NCBI RefSeq assembly: GCF_009914755.1
Contig: NC_060930.1
From: the human T2T-CHM13v2.0 reference genome, Homo sapiens
Length of the DNA stretch: 64,000 nt
Reading direction: 5' to 3' (one strand)
Shown here piece by piece: positions 16,691 through 29,620 of this stretch. How positions within the stretch are numbered: the stretch's first letter is position 1; every line of letters starts with the position of its first letter. The translations under genes were made by a program, and so were the position numbers. The notes beneath the pieces were generated by a model, which saw only the letters and a program-made list of their open reading frames with translations, was not told the DNA's origin and did not search any database.

Positions 16691-17947
16691 ATTTCTGCAT
16701 AATAATTAAATACATTTGCATCTATGTTACACATTTCTAATTACTCTACATAATATTGTAATAAACATCCTTGTAATATATTTATAGATATTGGTGAAAA
16801 ATTCCTGTTCAAATGTGTCTGATATTTTTTATTTGATGCCTAATTTTGCTTGAGCTTAGGATTATACTTCTTATCCTAAAAACTCATTTTCATATATTGA
16901 TTTACATATCTTGATTCACAACAGCTCTCTAATTATGTATTCCTACCAGGTCTAACAGCAAATATTCTAAGATTGATGGTTTTCTATTTTCTATAGTGCT
17001 GTATCCTCCAGTAATAGTGAGTAACCAGTATTACCACTGCATCAACTCTCTAAATCACCTTCCCAAACTCCTGAGTTAGAAATCCACTACAAATGTTGCA
17101 ATATTTATTTTCATAAATCGTTTCTAACTGTTACGTAGACCTTAGGGCCATTTTAATTTTCCATCAATGATATAGGTGCTTTGTAATTTCCCTCCAGCAA
17201 AATAACAATGCAGTACAATTTTTCTTGCTTACTTTTTTGAAATGGATGTAATAGTGTAAGATATTCTCTTTAACATTTTCCTATTTGATGAATTGAAGAG
17301 GTTCAGGTTATTGAAGAGTTAGTTATCCAGTACAAAGACCATTCTCCTGTGTACTTCTATTACTACTTTTTAAATATTTCATTGTTCTGTAAATCCTCTA
17401 CTTCTTTTTGAGCTAAGAAATGAGTAAGGGAAACAGGAAACAAGAATTCGAGCTACAGACAGAAGTTCACCTTCCGATAAAAAAATTTGGTGAAAGGACA
17501 CAACAAAATCCAAACAATAAGTAAAAATTAATATTTGAGATTTCTCAATGACTTTTTATACACACGACATATATCCATTATTGGGACAAATATCCCATTT
17601 AAGGTTAAAATAAGAAATATATTTATATTTTATATCTTGGACAGACAACCATACTTTTAGAAAAAAATACTGAGAACTGTGAGTTTTCATAATCAGTTAG
17701 TGGCAGAGATAAGATTTGAATGGAAGTATCTTGGTTCCTAGCCCAGTGTTCTGCCATTAGCCAATCAATGTTGCACAGGCTATCTAGACATAATTTTTTA
17801 TTTGCTCTTCTATACAGTATAAACTAATAGTTTTTTTAAAAATTTATAAAAATATTTAGGCAGATATTTTTATATGGGATGATCTACATTTCTACATCAA
17901 AGATGTCACCACAAACATAATTCATGCTAAAATTAGTTTTATTCTGT

Positions 17948-18347
17948 GTTGTAGACAGAATTCCCTCATATATATATTTGTCCAAATCCCCAAAACCTGT
18001 GAATATGTTATTTTACATGGCAAAAGGGACTTTACGCATGTGATTAAGATAAAGGATTTTGGGTGAGGCGATTATCCTGGATTCCCAGGTGGGCCCAATG
18101 TAATCACACAGCACCTTAGAAGAGGCAGAAAGTTTAAACTCAAAGAAAAAAATAAGGAGATATCACAGTGAAAGGGAGAGAGAGAAAGAGAGAGAGGAGA
18201 GAAGAGATTTGAAGATGCTATGTTTGCTTGATTTTAACCCATAGAGATGCATTTTCAATTTCTAACTTCTAGAATCATAAGATTTGTTATTATTTTTAAG
18301 CAATTAAGTTTTTGTTAATTAGTTAATCAGCAATAGGAAGCTAACAC
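17948..18347 (+). mobile_element. MLT1D/C LTR
   Basis: aacctgtgaatatgttattttacatggcaaaagggacttt...attatcctggatt...ggtgggcccaatgtaatcaca...agcaataggaagctaacac. Confidence 0.85.
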
Positions 18348-18665
18348 TCTCTGCTTGTCTCTCTGATATACTATGCAGGTGCATGAGATGAGTAGCACTA
18401 GAATAGCTCACTTTTGTTGTTATGCTTTGAATGGAGATAAGTATTTGTCACAACTCCACAAAATTTGGGGTTAATTTTTCCTGTTAAAAAAAGTTTGAGA
18501 AAGCAAATTTTGCATTTCTAACAAAAATTACTCTGAGATTTTTCATGAGCATTAAGTAGCTCTCAACTACATTTACTTACCACAGTTTGGAAAAACAATT
18601 ACCAATATTTATAGGAGAATGCTTCCATCATTTAAAGTGCAAAAGAAGTTTGGATGAGCAGGTAA

Positions 18666-19098
18666 TGTGGTGGATGCTATAATGTGCCTCCAGATTCTCC
18701 TTCTGAGAAAGAGTTGCTGCACTAGCTTCTGGGGATGCTGACAACAGAAAGTCTTCAGCTGTCAGTCTCTTCAGGGATTGCCTGAGCTGCAGGCCACCTC
18801 AACCAAGGTCATGCCCTTTCTCACGGCCGCCCAAACAGAAAGACTGGTCCCTGTAAGGAAATAAAGGACCAGCATCTCAGCCCAAAAGGAGACAATGCCA
18901 AAGATCATTCTAACACCTAAAGCTCCGACTGGGGTCAGCTGCAACTGTCACTAGCTTGACTTTTCTCTCTACTCACTCTTGCTTTCTTCCCTTCCCTTTC
19001 CCAGGTGTTGATCCCAAGAGCCTTCCTTAATAAATATTGTGCAAAATAAACTCCTCCTCAAAAATCTACTTCTCCTAGAATCCAGACTAGAAGAGACA
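18666..19098 (+). mobile_element. LTR16-family (ERVL) solo LTR
   Basis: tgtggtggatgct...cttcagctgtcagtctcttcagggattgcctgagctgcag...caggtgttgatcccaagagc...taataaa. Confidence 0.75.
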
Positions 19099-20050
19099 AG
19101 GTTCTTTGAAACCTGGTTCCACCTGTGCCACTAAATATTTGTGAGTTGAAGAACAAGTCATCCTTTCAGTTGCTCAGATGACACATCTATAAGATGAAAG
19201 AAACAAAACACACTAAAACCCTTTGATTCTTCTCTCATTCTAATCTCACATGAAAAAAAATAAATACTTCTGCTCTTTTAATGCAGCTAATTCCAGTCCT
19301 CTTTTCTGCTAGACCAAGACCATTTTCTCTCTCCTTAATACACATTAATTTGCCTCTTATATTAGTAAACATCTAGGATATACATCTTGGCATTCTCACT
19401 TCTTATATAGTTTATCCCACTCTACACTGCTTCCTTAGCCAACTAGAACCTACTGCTACTACTTTTTCTGATCTTCCTTCAAAAGTCTCATGATGTGTCC
19501 TTTAATATGTACTCCATGGGGACACTGTTACTTATACAGTTACATATATCGTCTTTAAAGAAAGTCAACACTCTTGCACTTGACTCTGCCAGAGACAAAT
19601 TCTGAGTTTACAGGATGAATAAGTCAGTGACTCCAGAGAGATTTGTGGATGTTTAGTTTCGCCCTTGCCCTGGTCCAGACTGAAATAAAGTTTATGTTTC
19701 TCGGTTAGAGAATCAGGCATTTTTCAGTTAAAGTTCCTGAGAATTAAAAAGAATTTAGGGAAAAAAAACAGGCTAATCGGATTCCCCCAAAATTAATTTT
19801 AGGGCAGCCAAGAAGGCCAGTTAAAAATAGCAGCAAAATAAAGAAAAAAAGCCTGACTCATTATGATAACTCCTCCTTTCTTATCCTCTTAATTCAATGT
19901 GTGTATGAAAATTAAGAAAAAAGAACTATTTTCCAGTCTCACCTAAAATAATTTCTAAAAATAAAACTGTGTAAAACCTAGGGCATTATAAATCTACTTG
20001 AACAACAATTCTTAAAGTTGCATTTAAGCACATTGAAAAGCACGAATACT

Positions 20051-23000
20051 GGGCGAAGCCAAGATGGCCAACTAGCAGCAGCGTGATGGGAGACACTCAC
20101 CAAGGAGAACCAAAGCAGTGTGCGAATCCTGCACCAGCAACCAAGGTATCCAGGTTCTGTCATCAGGACTGATTAGATGGTTAGTGTGACCCACGGAGAG
20201 GAGAGAAGAGCAAGGTGGTGCGTGAGCCACACAGGGCAGGGGAGGCCCTACCCCCAGCCAAGGGAGCTGGTGAGTGAGAGTGGTACCCAGCCAGGGAAAC
20301 CATGCTTTTTCCTTAGAACTGTGCAACCCACGGATCGAAAGATCCCATTGGTGAGCCCACGCCACCGGGGCCTTGCGTCCCAATCACAGAGCCTTGCAGA
20401 TTCTCAGCCTCCTCTCAGCTGGAATCTACCTAAAACAACAGGGCTCCCTGAGGGAGGGGCAGCCATCACCACTGCTGCTGCCTGCTAAGTCAACTGAGCT
20501 CCCTGGGGGAGGGGTGGCAGCCATCACTGTGAATGTTAGCTTCCTAAGACACTAAATTCCCAGGGGAAAGGGCAGCAGCCATCACTGTATCTCAAGGATG
20601 CACTTTTCCTCTGCTGGAGCCGGGGAAACTGGATAGCTTGGTCCAAAGAGGTATTCTCCCACAGCACAGCACACTGGCTGTGGCACCCCATGGCCACACA
20701 GCCTTTTAGGCCAGACCCTGACCCATTCCTTCTCACTGGGTGGGAAGCAGGAACTCCAACAACTCCAGCGAAGGGCTCAGGGACAGAACTCTGATCTCCC
20801 TGGGCCTGAGCTCCTAGGAGAAGGGGTAACCATAGCCTCCATGGACCAGCAGACTTAGTCTTTCCTCCTGCAAGCTCTGAGGAAGCTGGGCAACCCTGAC
20901 AAGTGGGTTTCCCCCCAGGGCAGCACAACTCGTCCACCAAGGGACAGCCAAAATGCTTCATTAAATGGGTCCTTGTTCCCATGCTCTCCAACTGCATGAG
21001 AACCCCCAACAGGGGCTGCCCAACACCTTATACAGGAGCATTCCTACTGGCATCATGTCGGTGCCCCTTGAGGTCAGAGATCCCAGGGGAAGGAGGAAGC
21101 ACCTGTCTTTGCTGTTCTCTAGCCTCCTTAAGTGACATCTCTAGGTGCAGGTGCAAGAGTGACCCAGATGAACAGGGCCCGAAGTGAACCCCCAGCAAAC
21201 CCTACAGAAGAGAGACCTGACTATTGAAAGAAAAACAAACAAACAGAAAGCAACAACAGCATCAACCAAAAAAAGTCTTCACAAAAGGCTCATCCAAGGA
21301 TCAGCAGCCTCAAAGATCAAAACTAGACAAACTCATGAAGATGAGAAATAATCAATGAAAAAATGCTGAAAACCCAAAATGTCAGAATGCCTCTTGTCCT
21401 CCAAATGATCGCAATGCCTCTCCAGCTAGGGTACAGAACTGGATGGAGGATAAGCTAGATGAATTGACAGAAGTAGGCTTCAGAAGGTGAGTAATAACAA
21501 ACTTTGCTTAGGTAAAGGAGCATGTCCTAACCCAATGCAAAGGATCTAAGTACCACGATAAAAGGTTATAGGAGGTGTTATCTAGAATAACCACTTTAGA
21601 GAGGAACATAAATGACCTGATGGAGGTGAAATACACAGCACGAGAATTTCATGAAACATATATAAATATCAATAGCTAAATTGATCAAGCAGAAGAAAGA
21701 ATATCAGAGCTTGAAGACTATCTTGCTGAAATAAGGCAGGCAGACAAGATTAGAGAAAAAAGAATGAAAAGGAATGAACAAAGCCTTTGAGAACTACGGG
21801 ACTATGTAAAAAGACTGAACCTATGACTGAATGGAGCACTTGAAAGAGATGAGGAGAATGGAACCAAGATAGAAAACACACTTCAGGATATCATTCAGGA
21901 GAACTTCCCCAACCTAGCAAGAAAGGACAACATTCAAATTCAGGAAATCCAGAGGACGCAAGTAAGATACTCTATGAGCAGATCAACACTAAGACACATA
22001 ATCATCAGATTATCCAAGATTGAAATGAAGGAAAACATTTTAAGGGCAGCCAAAGAGAAAGGCCTATTCACCTACAAAGGGAAGCCCATCAGATTAACAG
22101 TGGATCTCTCAGCAGAAACTCTACAAGCCAGAAGAGAGTGGGGACCAATATTCAACACTCTTAAAAAAAAGAATTTTTCAACCCAGAATTTCATATCCCA
22201 CCAAACTAAGCTTCATAAGTGAAGGAGAAAGAAAATCTTTTTCACATGGCATTTACTCAAAAATCTATCACATAATTGGAAGTAAAACACTCCTCAGCAA
22301 GTGCCAAATAATTGAAATAATAACAAACAGTCTCTCAGACCACAGTGTGATCAAACTAAAACTCAAGATTAAGAAACTCACTCAAAACCATAAAACTACA
22401 AGGAAATTGAACAACCTGCTTTTGAATGACTCCTGTGTATATAATGAAATTAAGGCACAACTCAAGAAGTTCTTTGAAAACAATGAGAACAAAGATGCAA
22501 CATACCAGAATCTCTGGAATGCAGTTAGAACAGTGTTAAGAGGAAAATTTATAGCACTGAATGTTCACATTAGAAAGCTAGAAAGATCTCAAATAGACAC
22601 CCTAACATCACAACTAAAAGGACCAGACTGAATCACAGCCAAATTCTACCAGAGGTAAAAAAAGGAGCTGGTACTATTCCTTCTGAAACTATTCCAAACA
22701 ATTGAAAAGGAAGGACTCCTCCCTAACTCATTTTATGAGGCCAGCGTTATCCTGATACCAAAACCTGAAAGAGACACAACAAAAAAAGAAAGCATCAGGC
22801 CAATATCCCTGGTGAACACTGATGCAAAATCATCAATAAAATACTGGCAAACCAAATCCAAGAGTACCTCAAAAAGCTTATCCACCATGATATACTCAGC
22901 TTAACTCCTGGATGCAAGGCAGGTTCAACATACACAAATCAATAAACATAATCTGTCACTTAAAAATGACAAAAACCACATGCTTATCTCAATAGATGCA

Positions 23001-25226
23001 AAAAAGGCCTTTGATAAAATGCAACATCTCTTTATGTTAAAAACTCTCAATAAACTAGGTATGATTGAACATATCTCAAACTCATAAGAGCTATTTAAGA
23101 CAAACCCACAACCAATATCATACTGAATGGGCAAAATCTGAAAGAATTCCTTTTGAAAACCAGCACAAGAAAAGGATGCCCCCTCTCACCACTCCTATTC
23201 AACATAGTATTGGAAGTCCTGGCCAGGGCAATCAGGCCAGAGAAAGAAATAAAGGGTATTCAAATAGGAAGAGAGGAAGTAAAATTGTCCTTGTTTGTAG
23301 ATGACTTTATCTAGAATACCCCATCGTCTCAGGCCAAAAAGCTCCTTAAGATGATAAGCAACTTCAGCAAAGTCTCAGGATAAGAAATCAATGTACAAAA
23401 ATCACAAGAATTCCTATACACCAACAACAGGCAGGCACAGAGCCAAATCATGAATGAACTCCCATTCATAATTGTTACAAAGATAATAAAATACCTAGAT
23501 ACAGCTAACAAGGGATGCCAAGGGCCTTTTCAAGGAAAACTACAAACCACTGCTCAAGGAAATAAGAGAGGACAAAAACAAATGGAAAAACATTATATCC
23601 TTGTGGATAGGAAGAATCAATAACATGAAAATGGCCATACTGTCCAAAGTAATTTATAGATTCAATGCTATTTCTATCAAACTGCCATTTACATTCTTCA
23701 CAGAATTAGAAAAAAAACCTACTTTAAAATCCATGTGGAACCAGAAAAGAGCCTGTATAGAAAAGACAATCCTAAGCAAAAGGAACAAAGCTGGAGGCAT
23801 CACACTACCTGACTTCAAACTACACTACAAAGCTACAGTAACCAAAACAGCATGGTACTGGTACCAAAACAGACACATAGACCAATGGAACAGAATAGAG
23901 ACCTCAGAAATAAGACCACACATGTACAACTATCTGATCTTTGACAAACCTGACAAAAACAAGCAATGGGGAAAGGATTCCCTATTTAATACATGGTACT
24001 GGGAAAACTGGCTAGCCATATGCAGAAAACTGAAAAGGGACCCCTTCCTTACACCTTATAAAAATTAACTCAAGATGGATTAAAGACTTAAATGTAAAAC
24101 CCAAAATCATAAAAGCTCCAGAAGAAAATCTATGCAATACCATTCAGGGTCATAGGCATGGGCAAAGATTTTATGATAAAATCACAAAAAGCATATGTAA
24201 CAAAAGCTAAAATTGACAAGTGGGATCTAATTAAACTAAAGAGCTTCTGCACAGCAAAAGAAACTACCATCCAATTGAATAGGCAACCTAGAGAATGGGA
24301 GAACATTTTTACAGTCTACCCATCTAACAAAGGTATAACATCCAGAATTTACAAGAAACATAAACAAATTCACAAGAAAAAAAACTCCATCAAAAAGTGG
24401 GCAAAGGACATGAACAGACAGTTCTCAAAAGAAGACATTTATGCAGCCAATAGACATATGAAAAAAGGTCAACATCACTTATCATTAGAGAAATGCAAAT
24501 TGAAACCACAATGAGATACCATCTCACACCAGTCAGAATGGTGATTATTACAAAGTCAAGAAACAACAGATGCTTGTGAGGCTGTGGAGAAATCGGAGCG
24601 TTTTTACATTGTTGGTAGGAATGTAAATTAGTTCAACCATTGTGGAAGACAGTGTGGCGATTCCTCAAGGATCTAGAACGAGAAATACCATATGACCCAG
24701 CAATCCCATTACTGGCTATATACCCAAAGGAATATAAATCATTCTATTATAAAGATACATGCACACGTATGTTTATTGCAGCACTATTCTCAATAGCAAA
24801 GACATGGAACCAACTCAAAGGCCCATCAATGATAGACTGGATAAAGAAAATGGAATATTATGCAGCCATAAAAAGGAATAAGATCATGTCCTTTGCAGGG
24901 ACATGGATTTAGCTGGAAGATAACATTTTTCAGCAAACTAACAGAGGCACAGAAAACCAAACACTGCATTTTCTCACTCATAAGTGGGAACCAAACAATG
25001 ACAACCCATGGATACAGGGAAGGTAACAACACACACCAGGGCCTGCCAGTGGGACAAGGGGAGGGAGAGCATTGGGTCAAATAGTTAATGCATGCAGGAC
25101 TTAATACCAAGGTGATGTGTTGATAGATGTAGCAAACCACCATGGCATACCTTTACCTATGGAACAAACCTTCACATTCTACACATGTATCCCAGAACTT
25201 AAAGTAAAATAAAATTTTAAAAAAGA
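20051..25226 (+). mobile_element. Full-length-origin L1PA11-13-like LINE-1 (5'UTR, ORF1, ORF2, 3'UTR) with internal deletions; inactive
   Basis: 5' start gggcgaagccaagatggcc; ORF1 remnant 21974-22222; ORF2 remnants to 24912; 15-bp TSD aaaagcac(g/t)aatact at 20036-20050 and 25227-25241. Confidence 0.95.
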
Positions 25227-25437
25227 AAAAGCACTAATACTTCTGTTTTAATGAATAAAACTAATATTATATTCTGAACAATAGCAAGTATTGAAAAATA
25301 TTGATATAATTTTAATGTCATTTTTTCTAAAATATCCACATTTCCTTCATATGATTTTTCTATTTGATTAGATATATGTAAATTCATGTGGAAATATGCA
25401 GATGTCTTATACAAATAAATTGCATTAAAAATGACCA

Positions 25438-25797
25438 TAGGATGTGGACTGAATTCTGTCTCTCCAAGGATTCATATGTTGAAGCCTTAACCCTCCATGT
25501 AATGAAATGTGAAGATTAGATCTGTAGGAGATATTTAGTTCATGAGAGTGGAGCCCTAATGATGGTATTAGTGACCTAATAAGAAGAACTTAGAGACATC
25601 TTTCTTCTTCTCTCTGCCAGTTAAGGATATAATAAGAAGCACGGTCTGCAAATCAGGAAGAAGGCCCTCACCAAACACTGAATCTTCCAGCATCTTAATC
25701 TGAGATGTCCCAGCCTCCAGAACTATGAGAAATAAATGTCTATTGTTTAAGTCACTGAGTCTATGGTATTTAGTTATAGCGGCCCAAGCTAAGAACA
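25438..25797 (+). mobile_element. MLT1A/MLT1A0 LTR
   Basis: ggactgaattctgtctctccaaggattcatatgttgaagcc...agcctccagaactatgagaaataaatgtctattgtttaagtc...gttatagcggcccaagctaagaaca. Confidence 0.85.
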
Positions 25798-26144
25798 CCG
25801 AAATTATATATTTTCATAGTATGAATTAATTCTAATCACATGCACATAAATAATTTCTTCCGTTTATTAAAATTCTGCCAAAGTTACTTTTTCTTCATTA
25901 ATTTAAGATGTCAAGATATCTGTAACACTTATATTTTTGTTCTGTTAGCCCATTTTGATCTATAGGAAGTTTAGGTTTTATTATTTTCAACTTTTATAGG
26001 TTACTTAGTGTATAACTTTCTAGCATTTAATCTTAAAGTTATAAAACTTCAAGAATTCTTACAATAAAAATCTGTCATTCGGTCTAAGCAACAGCAACAA
26101 TATTCTGACATATGGTCACTTTTTCTATTAAATCTTATATGTAA

Positions 26145-26257
26145 GGCTGGGTGCAGAGCCTCATAGCACTTTGGGAGGCCAGGGAGGGAGGATTTTGAGG
26201 CCAAGAGTTTGAAAGCAGCGTGAGCAGTATAACAAGACCCCATCTCTTTAAAAAAAA
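26145..26257 (+). mobile_element. FLAM / Alu monomer
   Basis: ggctgggtgcag...agcactttgggaggcc...gaccccatctct plus A-run; TSD-like aaatcttatatgtaa / aaagttatatgaaa. Confidence 0.8.
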
Positions 26258-27349
26258 GTTATATGAAATATATATTAGCTCTTGTCTCATGAATTAATTT
26301 ATAAATAGAAATAGTAATTATAAACTGTATTTTGTTGCCATTTACCAAATACACATTTTATTTGGATTGGCATTTAGTGTAAACAGCATAGACTTTTTCT
26401 AACACCAGATTATACATAAATGAATGATAATTTTAGCATTGTTTATAAAAGTAAAAAGAAAAAGAAAAAAGAGGGAAGCATGTCTACTTCCACCACTCAC
26501 TCCTATAAAAATTATGCTATGATTAAAAACCCAAAAATCATAGGAAAAAAAAGAAAGGAAATGATAGCAACAAAATGTTGAAATCTAGAAAGCGTACACA
26601 TGAGGAATAACTGCCCCAGCAGAAAAGACAAAGGTGAATCTCAAGCTAGCAGTTGGGAAAATACTGCAGAAGATTTCAAGGCTCAAAGATTTGCAGGCAC
26701 CTTGTGCCTCTATAAAATGTACTTGCAGGTGGAGTGTAAAGGGAAAGGCTTGAAAGAAGTTATTATATGAAGAGTTCCCAGCTCAATCACCTAATCCAAT
26801 GTAATTAGGACGGTTGGTAAGACTTTTGTGAAATGTCTTTGGCTTACAACATATTAATTTAAATGTTTGATAAATAAAATATATAGCATTTGAAATTTGT
26901 ACATCATGAAAAGATTTACCTATAGACTATTTCTGAATAATAGTATCTGGTAGGCCCTGCCTTAAAGCCACTTCATTGTTAACTACAGCTACAAACATCA
27001 TAGGTGCATTTGTTTAAGGCTTTATCTGCTGTCTACATAATGAGACAACTTCCTCTCTACCAACTAACAGAAGACTGAAAGCTTATTCTTTGGGAAAGTT
27101 AAGCTAGAGGGTCTCTTGATTTATGTCAATAGGCAAAGATGAGTGTAGAGTACCAAAATGAATACAGAAAGTTTAATAGAAAGTTGGCATAATGACTGAA
27201 AAGACCCTGCCCTATCCCCCACTTGAAACAGTTGTAGCCACACTTACATTCCCTTAAAATTTTATTCCTGGGTAAAATTTCTTAAGAGAAAATATTTATA
27301 TAATATGACATTTGAAAATACCCAGTAAAGCAACAGCCGGGAGCCATTC

Positions 27350-27854
27350 TGCAGTAGATTATAAAAATAGCCATATAGTCTTCTTCTCCTTGCATCTTGC
27401 AGTGTAACATTGAAGATCTTCCCATTAAGACTTGGGAACAATTTCCCCAGCCTTTGAATCTATGTTTGCTATGGGATTTGCTTTGGCCAAAGAACATTCA
27501 CAAACATGATACAAAATTGATGCTTCATAAACCCTTGCCTACTGGGACTTGATCTCTTGATCTCTTGGAATCCTAAGGCCATCATGTAAACAAGTCCAAT
27601 CTAACCTGCTGGACAAGGAGAGGAGAAAAACAAAGATTCATTAGCTAACAACCTGCCAACAACCACACTTAAGAACCTGTATCATCCAGCTACCAGCCAA
27701 CATGACAGTTGATCACAGAAGCATGAGCTAATCCAGAGAGATCAGCTGGGCCAGTTCAGACTCCACCTGAACCATCATGAGCTGAATAAATGGATACTGT
27801 TTTAAGCTAGTCATTTTGAAGTTGAGTTGTGATACGGCAACAATGAACTGATAA
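27350..27854 (+). mobile_element. MLT1F/G/H-type LTR
   Basis: tgcagtagattataaaaatagcca...ttgctttggccaa...aataaatggatactgttttaagc...gaactgataa. Confidence 0.75.
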
Positions 27855-28304
27855 ACCAACTGACCAATCTACTGTAATGCCTACCATGTAATGAGATCGA
27901 ATATTGAACATAAAATTTCCCACTGACCTTACAGAATCTAATTATTAACTAGAAAATTAAAGTCAAGTACAGTCTTAACTCATATATGAGAAAAATAATA
28001 ATATGACTGAGAACAAAACAATTTAAAAAATTAAACAAACTAGAAGTAAAAAATATCAGTAAAGAAAGAATAATAAAACATTATGAAACTTAGTTATGTC
28101 TTTAGAGAGGTGAGAGAGATTTTGCTATATAACAAAAAAATTAGATTATAAAAATGGAGACTTCAAGAACAAAAAAAGATCTATTGGAAATTTAAAATGT
28201 GACTGCATAAATGAAAAACTAGGTAGAAGTTTGGAAGATACAATTCAAAAAATCTGCCAGATAAAAATAATAAGACAAAGAGAAAAAAGGATAAGATTTT
28301 TAAA

Positions 28305-28413
28305 AATTTTTCTTTCCAACTTTTACTTTCACGGGTATGTGTGCAGGATGTGCATATTTGTTACACAGGTAAATGTGTGCCATGGTGGTTTGCTGCACAA
28401 ATCATCCTGTCAC
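28305..28413 (-). mobile_element. Short L1PA13-16 3' end
   Basis: ttccaacttttactt...gtgcaggatgtgc...ggtaaatgtgtgccatggtggtttgctgcac. Confidence 0.75.
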
Positions 28414-28864
28414 AAAAAAAACCCTAAAGTTTCTTAATAGTTAAGGACTTAGACCACACTCATCTTGCACTCATGATGTCCTGTCTTGCTTGTTTTCTTG
28501 GCAAGTAGCCTGCACCTGGACATATCTTTGTGATGTTTGAGAATAACTTCTCATTAAGCCTGATTCTCCACACCCACCAGCTCATTTGGGAAGACAATAT
28601 TTATAGTCTTGGAAACCGCATGCTAAAAGAGACATGGACAAAGTGAAGCATATGCACAGAAGAAGGAGTTAGACTGTGAAGAGGTTGGGAACCATGCTAA
28701 ATGAAACCAACCTATAGACCACTTTGTCACTTGTACAGCAGGGGGCAGCAGTATTAATGGAGTTGCCAGCTCTGCTAGGTTGTGAGGAGAGGGCATACAC
28801 TGAAGATATCATACTAAGCTTCATAATTGTGTTTTATTAAAAGTTAAGGTGGAAGCTTTTACAA

Positions 28865-29620
28865 AAATCAAATCTGAAATTCAGAAGTCTTATTAAACAC
28901 CGTTGGTTGGCGAGAATGTAGAGCAACGACATTTTCATCCGCTGCTGGTGGAATTGTAAACTGGTACCACCACTTTGGAAAGTGAATTATCTGGTAAAGG
29001 TGATGATATATACCCTCTGTGCATCCTTGCAATTCCCCTTCTAGAGAGCTCCATGCCCTAGGGAAACAAATGCACATATGCCCAAGAATATATGTACAAG
29101 TAGGTCCACAGCAGGATGGCTCATAATTGTTCAATGTGTGAACCAACCCAAATATCCATCATAGGTAGAATGGATAAATAAATTATGCTATGTTCATACA
29201 ATGGAACATTACACAGCAATAAAAAAACATAGTTATAAGGAACGTGGATTTTTATAACTATAATATACACATGAAGCAAGTTCGAAATAATGCATGTAGT
29301 ATGATTGCATTTATATAAAGACCAAAATTTAGTCAAGTGAAATCATGATTTTTAGGAATGCATGCATAGGTGATGAAACTATAATATAGTGTAAAACAAG
29401 GAAGTAATTATAATAAAAATCAGGATAATGGGAAGGGAGGATGTTATAATTGGTAAGAGACATACTGGAAACGTCTGGGGTCTGGTAATGTTCTATTGCT
29501 TGACCTGGGAGATATTATGTGGGCATTTGTATTATAATTAGCTGTTAATTGTACATTTATATTTTATTTACTCTTCTGTATGTATGTTGTAGTTCACCAA
29601 AAAAAGTAAAAAAAAAAAGT
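28865..29620 (+). mobile_element. L1ME-type 3' end
   Basis: gttggcgagaatgtagagcaac...gctggtggaattgtaaactggtaccaccactttggaaa...ttgacctggg...A-tail. Confidence 0.7.

Noticed and set aside
16273-19098. Two LTR16 copies as paired LTRs of one provirus
   Set aside because: They differ substantially at their 5' ends, there is no ERVL internal sequence or PPT between them, and no shared TSD.
22235-22630. Spliced L1 (SpIRE) explanation for the internal deletions
   Set aside because: By recalled consensus the deleted segments do not begin with GT; microhomology fits better.
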